Both the position numbers and the translations under genes were made by a program. This document shows, piece by piece, positions 1 to 11,523 of a stretch of 64,000 nt of DNA. Where the stretch lies: NCBI RefSeq assembly GCF_006345805.1, contig NC_043003.1, forward strand, positions 56,916,001 to 56,980,000, written 5' to 3'. A model generated the notes under the pieces. That model searched no databases, was not told the DNA's origin, and saw nothing but the letters and a program-made list of their open reading frames with translations. This DNA comes from Octopus sinensis (taxonomy: Eukaryota). Every line of letters begins with the position of its first letter. Position 1 is the stretch's first letter.

Positions 1-551
1 ATCTATAAATATGTACGTGTGAATTTGTGTGTATGTATGTGCGTAGTTGTATCGTTGTGTGTCTGGGAACGAGTGCTGTGAGTGCTCTTTAGTGGAGAGC
101 TTAGCTAACTAACCTAACTTAAAGATAATATTTTGTTTCTAAGCTATCATGAAGGGTTAGCAGATTTGTCTGTTAAGCCTCCACCACAAACATTACTATA
201 ACCTTTAATTCTTAACTAAGATCAGGATTAACTCGAACTGTTAACCTTTAGACTGTCTCATCATCCTTCCCTCGTCTACCTCTTCCATTTTAGCTTTCTT
301 ATAAACGTATGTAGCATTCTCCGTTAAATAATTCAAAACAAGCGACAAAGCCAACGAGATATTCGGTACGCGGATATTACAGCTGTTACAAAATGCTCTC
401 TAACGGATGCAGATATAGCTGTATGGTTAAAACGCTAGATTAGTAACTGCCTTGTAGCGAGTTCGATTACAATATGAGTCAATATGCAGCAGTGCTTTCT
501 ACCGTGAGCTCTGATTTACTAGTAACTTACAAGCGGAATTTGATGGAAGAA

Positions 552-554
<3 letters not shown>

Positions 555-584
<30 letters not shown>

Positions 585-813
585 TGTATGTATGTATGTA
601 TGTATGTGTGTACGTACGTACGTACGCATGCATGTATGTCATTATTCAGTTTATTTCAAGATTTCTTGCCAACAGAGAAAGAATCAGTTTCTCACCTAGA
701 TCCAAGGCTCCTTCATTCGAATTTCAACATCTACAAGAGGTTATTCTTGCTTTTATGTACGTATGTATGTTTGTATGTATGCATGTATGTATGTATGTAT
801 GTATGTATGTATG
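555..813. repeat. Two (TATG)n arrays (555-639, 756-813) separated by a ~115-bp non-microsatellite spacer
   Basis: Direct reading; ORFs 474..887 and 560..949 (YVCM repeats) are artefacts of it. Confidence 0.95.
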
Positions 814-1550
814 TGCAGATTTGTATGTTTTATGTACGTATTCTCATGCATATTGTTGCACATCTAGACATGGTCATATATATTTAAATGACAAACTTCT
901 GGAAGGTCTTACAGAATTTTACAGTTCCAGTGATGGATTGGATCTGTAGACTTCGAATTAGCTTTCTCCTTTATGGATTTGAGAAGCCTAATTTCTCAAG
1001 ATTGGTATTTAGACAGTATGTTATATATCCCAGGGCCCCAATAATTAAAGGTACAAATCTGAACTTGTAATCTGGATAGAGTAACTGCATATTTCTCGGT
1101 AGTTCAGCGTAGGTGTTCTCTTTTTCACTGATCTTCAGCTTTATGTTAACATCCGCTGGGCAGCGAATTTCCACAACCGTTTCTCTATCCCAAATTATTA
1201 TAACAGATCTGTTGTGCATATATTTTATTGAGATCTTCAGTGGTACATTCCACCCGTATTCCTTTTTATTGTGAGTGGCTATGGCTTCTACCATATTGTG
1301 GCGTCTTATATCTTTGTGCTCGGGATTATCCTTCTGATGGATTTCATTATAGATTGTCCTAGCTGCAACATCATATCTTATCGGTAGGTAATACCGTAAT
1401 GACATTTTCGAATAACTGCTTATAATATGGGTGATATCTTCAGTGTGAAGTCCATGAAGTCTGCATCGGTTGTCACATTTTACGGCTTTTCCTGCATCTC
1501 TATCCCTTTTGTGCATCAGATACTAGGATTATATTTGCTGTTCCTGGATT
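814..1550 (-). mobile_element. 5'-truncated R4/Dong-like non-LTR retrotransposon: zinc knuckle + restriction-like endonuclease + 3' UTR (pseudogenised)
   Basis: ORF 971..1516 shows CRLHGLHTEDITHIISS (decayed CCHC knuckle), RYD (RHD-like), IIIWD..VVEIRCPAD, KENTY and VPLIIGALG. The frame continues past an in-frame TAA to a stop at 884-886 (..LQIQSITGTVKFCKTFQKFVI*). The 3' end abuts (CATA)n on the element strand. Confidence 0.85.
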
Positions 1551-1675
1551 GTATGTATGTATGTATGTATGCATGTATGTATGTATGTATGTATGTATGT
1601 ATGTATGTATGTATGCATGTATGTATGTATGTATGTATGTATGTATGTATGTATGTATGTATGTATGTATGTATG
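1551..1675. repeat. (TATG)n microsatellite
   Basis: Direct reading. Confidence 0.97.
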
Positions 1676-1875
1676 TGCAGATTTGTATATTTTATTATCG
1701 TATTCTCATGCATATCTAGAATTGCTCATATATATTTAAATGATAAACGTCTGGAAAGTTTAACAGATTTTTACAGTTCCAGTGATGGATTGGATCTGTA
1801 GCCTTCGAATTACCCTTCTCCTCTCTGGCTCTGAGAAGCCTAATTTCTGAAAACTGGTATTTAAGCAGTGTATTG
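1676..1875 (-). mobile_element. Second, shorter 3' fragment of the same R4/Dong-like family
   Basis: Colinear with 814-1015, with the same GTGCAGATTTGTAT junction to (TATG)n; encodes QKLGFSEPERRRVIRRLQIQSITGTVKIC*TFQTFII*. Confidence 0.85.
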
Positions 1876-1885
1876 CGGTGACCAG

Positions 1886-1949
1886 TAAATTCCAACGCGG
1901 TAAATTCCACCACGGGATATCCCACCATGGTAAATTTCACCATAGGTGA
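1886..1949. repeat. Short degenerate tandem of ~15-bp units (GGTAAATTCCACCAC-like, 4 copies)
   Basis: gtaaattccaacgc / ggtaaattccaccac / gggatatcccaccat / ggtaaatttcaccat. Confidence 0.6.
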
Positions 1950-2267
1950 AATTATTATAATTACTATTATTATTATTAGTAGTAGTAGTATGAGTATTAG
2001 CATTAGTATTATATGGGTTACGATATTATGGACATGGAAAAAAAAAGAATGCATAAATATAATATCAGTAATGTGAATGAATGGAAAAACTACGAAGGAG
2101 AAAAATAATTAAGGAACAATCAAACAAAGAATACACGGTGAATACTTTAAACACCTGACTGAAAGGAATATCCAAAGAGACTCATTGAAATTTATAAAAC
2201 AAAGCAAATATTCAATGAGTTATAAAATAATAAAGGGTTCACGTTAGTTCTATGTCAGCGTATAATC

Positions 2268-2270
<3 letters not shown>

Positions 2271-2315
<45 letters not shown>

Positions 2316-2335
2316 ATATATATATATGTAGTATA

Positions 2336-2367
<32 letters not shown>

Positions 2368-2527
2368 AATATATGTTATATATATGTATATATATAATAT
2401 AATATATATTATACTATATATATATATATATTTTATATATATCAAGAACAATCTTACTTAGAAATGGATGCGTGCGTTCCGTCATATAATAAATGAATAA
2501 ATAAAACATATGCATATATACATACAT

Positions 2528-2586
<59 letters not shown>

Positions 2587-2646
2587 ATATATATATCTAT
2601 ATATATATATATATATTATATTATATATATATATAATATATATATA

Positions 2647-2681
<35 letters not shown>

Positions 2682-2769
2682 TTATATATATATACTATAT
2701 TTATATATATATATATATATAATATATATATATATATTATATATATATTATATATATATATATATATTA

Positions 2770-2811
<42 letters not shown>

Positions 2812-2818
2812 ATATATA
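2271..2818. repeat. Large compound (TA)n microsatellite region
   Basis: Direct reading; interrupted by a ~100-bp unique stretch near 2440-2510. Confidence 0.95.
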
Positions 2819-3544
2819 GCTAGCTGAATCGTTAGCAAGCGGGATAGAATGCCTTACTGAATTTGGCGCTCAGAACGTTGGGAGTTCAAATTACGTCGAC
2901 ATCTCTTTTTATTGTTTTAGAATCGATTAAATAAGCGATATTTGTGAATGTTTGTCGAAGAAATCGACTGGCGTTCTCCTCCAATATTTCAGGTCTTGTT
3001 TCTATAGAAGAAAGAATTATTATTGTTGTTGTTGTTGTTGTTACTGATGTTTAGTGTGTTTTATTTGAAGCGTCACGTTTTACAAAATTCCGAAGAGAAA
3101 ATATTTTCATCCGGGATTAACTGATGAAAACCTTAAGAAATAAAATCATCTTTTTGCCTCTCTAGTTCAAAAGCATTCAGAATATGTCTACGCTGGCTAG
3201 AAAAAATGGTGTCATGAGTGAACTTAAACTATTTACTCTTATTTGACTGTTGGCCGACAATATTTATTCACGTTGTCTGATGGTCACCTCAGACGAGAGT
3301 GTAGTAGCTGCTCTCGGGCAGTTGTCACAATACATTAATTGAACAAACAATTTAATTTCAAACGCTGAAAATTGAAACACCCAGAGGAAACATCAACCAT
3401 GAACGATTATAAATTATATACAATAGAAAACAGATGAAGAAATTTTCGTGCTAGGATTATTAATATTGGTGGGAAAACAGTATTAGTTGCGACCACGGAA
3501 ACATTGATACGACTATGAACATAATATTCTCACTAACACCAACA

Positions 3545-4693
3545 ATAATAGTGGTTTGGGCACACAGCCAGCAATATCAGGGAATGGTGTTAAGTCGATT
3601 ACATCGACCCCAGTGTCCAACTAATACTTACTTTATTGATCGTGACAGGATGGAAGGCAAAGTCTACCCCGGCGGCATTTGAAATCAAAGCGTAAAGAAA
3701 TGCTGGAAAGTATTTTTCCGGAGCTATAACGACTCTTCCACCTCACCGCCTGAACAACAATATTAATAATATCGATTTCAAATTTTGTCATAAAGTCAGT
3801 AACTTCGGGAGAGGGGTAAGTCGATTATATGGTGCCTAATATCCAAGTGGTATTTAGTTTACCGACCTCTACCACTCGCCCTCGAAAAGATGAAAGACAA
3901 GGTCGAATTCGGCGGAATGTGAACTCAGAACATCAAGACGGACGAATGCCGTTCAGCATTTTGCACGGCTTGCTCATGATTCTGCCACCACAGCTCCTTA
4001 ATAATAAAGATTTCAAATTTTTGCCGCACGGACAGATTGTGACAGGGGATTAAGTCGATGACATCGACCCCAGTGTGGAACCGGTATTTAGTTAATCGAT
4101 CCTGAAAGAATGAAAGGGAAAATTCGACCTCGGCGGGATTTCAACTGAGAACGTAGCGGCTGACAAAATACCTATTTCTTTACTACCCACAAGGCACTAA
4201 ACACAGAGAGGACAAACAAGGACAAAAAAACGGATTAAGTCGATTATATCGACCCCAGTGCGTAACTAGGATTTATTTAATCGACTGGAAGTACAGGGCT
4301 GGAAGAGATTAAGTTGATTACATTGACTCCAGTATGTATCTGGTACTTACTTAATCGACCTCGAAAGGATGAAAAGCAAAGCCGATCCGGTGGAATTTGA
4401 ACTCAGAACGTAGCGAGGGACGAAATACCCCAAAGCATTTCGCCCAGGGCATTAACGATTCTGCCAGCTTGCTGCCTTAACAATAATATCCTTTTCTATT
4501 CTGGGCATACGGGCCAAAATTTGGTGGGGAGGGGCAGTTCATTAGATCGACTCAAGTACGCAACTGGTACTCAATTAATCGACGCTGAAATTATGAAAGG
4601 CCTCGTCGGAATTTGAGCTCTAACCATAGAGAACGATGAAATACCAGTAGGAATTTCGCCCGACGTGCTAACGTTTCTGTCAGATTACCAACT
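3545..4693 (-). mobile_element. Head-to-tail array of ~6 family-A tRNA-derived SINEs
   Basis: Recurrent TAAGTCGATTACATCGACCCCAGT...GAAAGGATGAAAGGCAAAGTCGACCTCGGCGGAATTTGAACTC...CTGCCAGCTCGCCGCCT units at ~3545, 3765, 4000, 4172, 4284 and 4480, mostly separated by short (TAA)n runs. The minus-strand head has a B-box GTTCAAATTCC. Confidence 0.85.
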
Positions 4694-5582
4694 TAATAAT
4701 AATATCAACAGCAACAACAACCAAGCAATTTAAACTTTGTTGATGTTGTTGTTCAAATTGACCTATTTGTGTGAGCTCCAGGAACAATAGAAGAGACAGC
4801 ATTTATGTTACTAGACACTATGACGTTGCTGAAGTAATCGTTGAATAGTCGAGTTGATGTGCTCCCTACATGAAAAGGAAACAAAGGTGGGATGGTGGGG
4901 GGAGAATACTACCGTATGCTATCGAAGGAAGAACATTCTTTTATATTTTATCTTTTACTTGTTTCCGTCATTAGACTGTGGTCATGCTATGACTTAATTT
5001 CTGAAGCATTGTACTTATGTTAACCTTAATTTACGACGACTTAAACACACCAGCACTGGCTGTCAAGTGGTGGAATGAGAACCACACACACACAAACACA
5101 TACAAACACATCTTTGTATCCCTGTTATTATGTTTGTATACAATTATGTTCTTTGGCCGCAGCATTAGAGTCTTTTAGCTATTATTTCTAGCAATGTAGG
5201 TGTTTTAGCACCCTCAGTTATATTTAATGACGGTTATAGTTTTCCGTTTTGGCAAAACATTGCACACACCACTGCTTAAATTAATTATATATGTGTGTTT
5301 ATAGCACTGACCACTTCCCAGCACCCACACCACACACCATCATCTGCACAACCACAGACAAAATATCCGCGCACCCAACTGCCATCACCCACACACCCAC
5401 ACATTACAGATTCACACACACACGCATAAATCCACACGTCAAAGTCACTAACCCCTATCCACACACATACAATCTGACATACACATACGCACGCGTACCT
5501 TCGTTTTGGGATCACCAGTACTTTATTATCTCCCTTCCTTTCTAGCCCTCCTGCCCAACTACCTTTTTTCGAACCACTCGCC

Positions 5583-5745
5583 ATGATTGACCGCTAAATC
5601 CACAAGTCATTCTTTATTCTCTCACTTTATTTCCTCGTGTTCCTTTCTGTAAAAGACTTTCTCACCTTTCCGAGCGTCAAACCAAAACACTTGCTTGTTG
5701 TTTATAGACCTGTGTTCGTCTTTTGTTTTTCTGTAAATTTCAACT
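5583..5745 (+). mobile_element. Copy of the hammerhead-like repeat family, with the ribozyme-like core deleted
   Basis: Homologous to the reverse complement of 17475-17680 and to 48468-48582. Reads ..CCTTTCTGT|AAAAGACTTTC.., lacking TGAAGAGCGTAGGCTCGAAACGT. Confidence 0.7.
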
Positions 5746-5789
5746 ACATGCATACATACACATATACATACATACATACTTATATAGTA

Positions 5790-5965
5790 TATGTATGCAT
5801 ATACGACGGGTTTGCAATTTCCATCTATCAAATCCTTTCACAGGGCTTTCGACATCCCTTGAGCCTTGCAGAAGACACTTACTGAGGGTGTCGCCTACTA
5901 AAATTGAAACCCGAACCATGTGGTTTGGAAGCAAATTTCTCCCCACACTGTCATGCTTGGCCCCA
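5790..5965 (-). mobile_element. Diverged 5' part of a family-B (CORE-type) SINE
   Basis: GAAGACACTTACTGAGGGTG..AACCATGTGGTTTGGAAGCAA matches the family-B head at 13190-13278. Confidence 0.6.
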
Positions 5966-6037
5966 TTCGTAAATAGTAGTCCTTGGAAACCATTTCAGAT
6001 GTGTAACTAACGCTCATTACCTATTGATATGTTCTCA

Positions 6038-6268
6038 AGGGAGCGAGCTGGCAGAGTCGTTAGCACGCCGGGCGAAATTCTTATCAGTATTTCGTCTATT
6101 GTTACGTTCTCAGTTCTTCCAGTTTCCGTCTACCAAATCCAGTCACAAGGCTGTGATCGGTCTGCAGCTATAGTAGAAGACACTTGCCCAAGGTGCTACG
6201 CAATGGGATGAACTTGGAACCATGTGGTCGGGAAGCAAGCTACTTACAACACAGCCACACCTGCTCCG
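6038..6268. mobile_element. Family-A SINE head (+, 6038-6117) joined to a family-B SINE 5' half (-, 6117-6268)
   Basis: GGGAGCGAGCTGGCAGAGTCGTTAGCACGCCGGGCGAAAT.. followed by CAGTTTCCGTCTACCAAATCC..AGAAGACACTTGCCCAAGG..CACAGCCACACCTGC. Confidence 0.75.
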
Positions 6269-6730
6269 ATATATATATATATATATATTTATTGAAATGG
6301 ATAAATAAATTATCTTGTTACGGATTATTCAAAATTTAACCGATACCTGGGTAGCAAAAATCACAACAGAAAAAACACGGTTGAAGTTACGACCATGGGG
6401 TGTCGCAACCGTGCCTTAGCGCGGATAATTAGAAGCAATATCAGGGATTATACGCCCCTTGATGTGACAAGTCATCTGTATACAAGCTGGCCACAGACGA
6501 ACACACAGACACAGGCTTTTATCAGCCGCTTGACCAACAATATCAGCAGTACTCTTTCCCTCTAGCTGCTTCCTAACACACTGCCACACATACACAGGCG
6601 CACACACATACATGTAGGTAGGTTCGCACACCTAAATAAGATAGCCTTAATTCTTAAAACAATCCGAACATTAACATTAGTTATACAGAATATATTCATA
6701 CCCTTTGGTTTTCAGTATTTCTTCCCCTAC

Positions 6731-6907
6731 CAGGTTTGACCGCAGTTTGACCTCGATTTATTCCAACGGACTTTTTCGTCGGCCTCCACACCCCTGACGT
6801 CAACGCACATTGAGAGACAGTTTGCGCCATTCCATGGGCTCCTAAGGAGCGTTTTGTTCGAATTGCTTGCTGCGCATTTGTTTGGAGATTTAAATTCCTG
6901 GAATTTC
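6731..6907 (-). CDS. Candidate internal exon (177 nt, frame-symmetric) of an unidentified gene
   Basis: Unique, GC-richer island with acceptor ttttgcagctttctcttcag| and donor CCTG|gtaggg. Two frames are open: GNSRNLNLQTNAQQAIRTKRSLGAHGMAQTVSQCALTSGVWRPTKKSVGINRGQTAVKP and KFQEFKSPNKCAASNSNKTLLRSPWNGANCLSMCVDVRGVEADEKVRWNKSRSNCGQT. No homology recognised. Confidence 0.35.
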
Positions 6908-7034
6908 CTGAAGAGAAAGCTGCAAAATGGTATCCTTATTCAATCCGAATTTGGAAATTTGCGGCCTTTGAAACATGTGTAGAAAATAATAAAAGGAATT
7001 CTGTAGAATCTTCGTTCAGCTCCATTTCTTCCCT

Positions 7035-7072
<38 letters not shown>

Positions 7073-7087
7073 TAGATAGATAGATAG

Positions 7088-7122
<35 letters not shown>

Positions 7123-7279
7123 CAGAGAGAGACAGACAGATAGAGACAGAATGAAAGAGATCTATATATTTGAGTAACTTCATCGTGGCTTGATCCGCAA
7201 GAAATAACAGCCAAATCTCTATCAAATTACACTAAAAACTAAGTCAAGAACGTAAGTCTACACTGGAAAATTGGATAAA

Positions 7280-7495
7280 ATGGTTTCAAAGTTTGGAACA
7301 AGCCCGGAAAGTCTGTATGATCGGGTAAGTCGATTACGTCGACGCCAGTGCTCAACCGGTATTTATTTTATTGACCCCGAGAGGATGAAAGACAAAGTCG
7401 ACTTCGATGGCATTTGAATTCAGAATGTAAAGACGTACGAAATGCCACGCAGCATTTTTCCTGGCGTGGTAAAGATTCTGCGAGATCGTCGCCGT
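7280..7495 (-). mobile_element. Family-A SINE
   Basis: TAAGTCGATTACGTCGACGCCAGTG..GACCCCGAGAGGATGAAAGACAAAGTCGACTTCG..TTTGAATTCAGAATG. Confidence 0.85.
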
Positions 7496-7971
7496 AACAG
7501 AGAATAATATTGTCTTAAATTCTTTCTTGCGCGTACACGCACTAACACACAAACACACACACACACACACACAGCAGACAAGATGTTTAAGACAATGCAT
7601 TAACAGCTAGTAAACTAGTACCGCGGGCGAAGCTGCAGGGGTTTATTCACGTGGTCTGTATTGACAGCAATACTGAATATCTTTTTATTAGACATGATAT
7701 ACAACTTCAATATATACATAGTTATTCAGAACCACTTTGTATTAGTGCTTTATAGTTATTAATGTCTGGCCTTTAAACCTTGTACTATTATGTAAATTTC
7801 ACCATGCTTATCATACCGTCTTATTTACTAATTGTTTAATTTCTGTTGGAGGCAGACTACATGGTTTTCAGAATTTAGTTCTATGAATAAGATAGTAGAA
7901 GCCGTCAATTTAAATTTTCAGAAGTATTTATGTTTATGTTCATGTATGCATGAGTGAGTGTGTGTGTGTGT

Positions 7972-8010
<39 letters not shown>

Positions 8011-10210
8011 TCTTTTCGTGTGTAATTACGTGTATATTCTCAATTGATTAGCGTTGTATATGACCAAGGAATATAACTCGAAACTATTCGATTCAGACAA
8101 TGCTTGATATAAGTTAGATTTGTTTTATATTTATATGGCTTAGTCAGACGTGGAAGAGGGGTATCCAAGGTGTTTGAAAAGTGTCTCAGATACTATTGGG
8201 ACAGCAAGGAAAAAAAAAAGGAAGAAATTATAACTCGTGGGTTTTCCTCGGACTGAACACCCGCGACAAAGTGCACTGAATACATGCAACCAAAATGGGT
8301 TCGGCTCAACTTACTCGACGACAAAATTGTGGTATTAAATGGACGTATATTATGTTCACCACCTAGCCAAGAACATGTACGTTTAACCGTACGTCAGCAA
8401 ACCTGCGCATTGATTCCGTCTACTGAATTACTGAGAAAATTTGAATGGAATTGTGTTTATGGTATATTTGGCCAAAGGGTCGATTACCGAATCATGTTAT
8501 GTTGAAGCTATTTACTTAATCACACTGTTCCATCTTAATCGTTCATTCCGCAAGCGGTTGTATAAAACTGAATAAAGCTTTGTCAGCCTCCAGCGAACAC
8601 TTGTTGAAGATAACGAGTTTTCTCTACCGACTGGCAACTCTCACGAGTCATTACATAAACATAAAATTGTCACTGGTAAATGCCAACCTGTGATACGAAG
8701 CAGTAGCTTACTTTTAAAAGCGGTAAGCGATGGAATCGGAGGAGCACTCGCTATAATCAATGTGAACCGATATTTTAGTTGCATTGTTGCACAAAATAAG
8801 CCAAAAAGCCTTGTCAGACGGCATCAATTTTGCTATACAGTATTTCGAAGCTAAATTAAATTAAATACCACTCATGTACTTGATTTTGTTAAATCGGTTG
8901 CTTTAAGGTTAGAAATCAGTATTTAATGTCAATGATCAATGTTCAAAGATAAAACCTAACCCCACTCGAATTTATTTCCTTCTCATCCATGATTATAGGC
9001 AATACTATGTTATTGAGCATTGTGCTTCCCATACATGTGATCTTGGATAGGAACTCTATTTCGTGGTTCCATGGCTGGGCATAATTTTATAAAGCTTCAG
9101 CACAACTCAAATAGTGAGACAATTAAGCAGACGGAAATTTATGGATGTCAGTTGAATGATTCTACTTGGCACTAGGTGTTTGTGTGGTCGACTTAATACA
9201 AAGCGGTTTTATAATATATGGCCAATACAACCCTTTCAAATCTAGGTCACTGAGCCTAACTTTACAATCCACCTGGTCTCCTGAGGAAAAAAGTAATTAG
9301 TTGCATAAACAGGCAAACTAATGGACAAATTCGGCTGCGTCATCTTTTTCTACGTGTGTTTTTTATTACCTATTTACCCAGAATCCCGCAGAGATAACGT
9401 TTAACCATCATATACATAACGGGAATACAGCGTGACAGGGTTAAGTCATACGCTTTCAGTTTAGTGGAACCATGAATGTTGCAAGTATTTGAACGAAGCC
9501 TCCTGTCTGAAGATATTTACATATGACCTCCCCTATCGCAGTCTCCCACCAGCCTTGGAGACTCTGCAAATTATCATGAGTGATGCCCTTTCTGTTTTGA
9601 TAAAACCATTTAAACAAAATCCAAATAATTCTAGACTTGTACTAGTTTCATTTAATTAACTATACTTTTCTTACACAAATGAATTGCAATGTAGAAATGT
9701 TACAAATCAATTTGCATTAAAAAGAAAACACAGCTATTAAACAAACATACCGAGAGAGAATAAAGGCAATGTGGAGAGATTGCGTTTCAGTATTTTCAAA
9801 GTGTAAACTATTTTGAACATCTGAATGAAAAAAAACACTCCTTTAAGTGGCTACTTAGAAAAGCCAAACAAGAATGTTTTTAATGAAATTCCAACTTAAT
9901 CTATATCTTTAGTATTTACGTTGTTAGATTTGCAAACAAATTTCGGCTACCGCTATGTAATCACAGACAGAGCTCGAGTTTATAAAAGATTACTGAATCA
10001 TTTACTACGTCTATATAAATATGTGTAACCGACCGTTAATTAGTACTTTAGATATATACACTCACTAACACACCCATACACTTATCTTTCTATATAATTT
10101 TCACTTTATTCCTCCTTTACTTTCTTTCCTTCCTCTTTTCCTGTCTACTTATAGCTAGCTAGTCAGTTGTCTGCCTATCTATCTTTCCATTTCTCTCAAC
10201 ATATATACTT

Positions 10211-10279
<69 letters not shown>

Positions 10280-11523
10280 CACACATACATATATATTCTT
10301 ATGCATGTATGTATGTCCCCTTACGCGAGATAAATATTATCTTTACAAGGAATTGAATATTTATAATCTATATTAGATATTAGAAAATTCACGTCTATAT
10401 AATATACATATAATAACTCCAGGACAAAGAAGAGCAAACATTCTAAATGCTAGCGATATTAATCCTATCTTTGGTACTATAGTGTATCCATAATTACGAC
10501 AATCGCCTTGGAGCTGTCTAGTTAGCTAACCTGACCCCATCCAGGTAGGCACACATGTGAGATTACAACAAACTGCGTGCATTAAAGACGATACAGGCAA
10601 TATAATTTTGCTGCAGAGTGATATATTGGGATGTTTTACTGCGTAAAAAGCGTCAAGAAACTAACTGGATTTTCTTTTTTCTTTATCCGAAACTTTCTAA
10701 GTAGATAACCGTGAACTGAGTTAAACAGGGAAAGTTAACGTACAGTATTCAATTCATTGCGTTCTGTATAGAAATACACCGGCAGAGGAGGTTATTCACG
10801 GTTGTTTCTCCTCTTGGGTAAAGAAATAACATGAAGGATTTCATTATTAGGCATAAATCCTGAACACAGAGGCGACTCCACAAGGACAGACAAGACCACA
10901 GTGGGGACAAACACATAAAACGAATGTAAATGAGATGAAATTATATAAAAATGAAAGGATGAAAATGGTCGCATGGGCCCCACTCCCATGCGGTACCATT
11001 TGAACCGTTATATACATTATCTATAATTGTTCTCCGATTTTTTTTCCCTTTTTCACCAATATTTTAAACATAACATAAACCACTTTACTCGTTCTGTTTT
11101 TTTTTCTACAATTCAACATACTTATTTTCTTTTTAATTGTACTTCATCGATGGTTCAATGCCTATTTTATCCACTACTGGTGGCAACTCTTTGAATTCCA
11201 CCCTCACACTCGGTGGGTCAACACTGTCTCCGCACATCTTCAATTCCCTGTAGTTCTCCTTTTCAATCACTATTGCCTGCATATCCTCTGCATATATATA
11301 TGATGGCACCCGCACTCTTACTATTGAATTAAACTTAATTATCTTCTTCTCTGTTTCTACATTCTTTGGGTACTACACATAATACCATACTCCATTTCCT
11401 CCTCGTATTTTCTTTCCTTTATTTTCAACTCTTTGTTCTCACTTTTTTTCCTCCACTCTAAATAGTCTCTCCATAAAGAAATAACAAGAAGAAACTACAA
11501 ACCTACAGCTTTGTACTTTTATA

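Noticed and set aside
696-730. 35-nt minus-strand exon DVEIRMKEPWI* that would extend the candidate gene in frame
   Set aside because: It lies inside the cassette between (TATG)n arrays, which is more likely a repeat. The acceptor is weak and an equally plausible plus-strand exon overlaps it.
6780-6850. Resemblance of RTKR-S..C...S.VW..K...GI to neurotrophin or MMP mature N-termini
   Set aside because: Spacing and key residues do not match; not enough to name a family.
7600-7642. TAACAGCTAGT + CCGCGGGCGAAGCTGCAGGG, like a Helitron 3' end
   Set aside because: Hairpin and CTAG are in the wrong order and no 5' end was found.
8440-8830. Possible mariner relic (LILCNNA; YNRLRNERLRWNSVIK), minus strand
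   Set aside because: Only two weak motifs and no TIR; similar weak hints at ~19400 (CFTDE) and ~52300-52450 (NILFAD) were also dropped.
11133-11315. Complex-looking 60-aa ORF (RVPSYIYAEDMQAIVIEKENYRELKMCG)
   Set aside because: No recognisable family or splice context; possibly a LINE ORF1 scrap.
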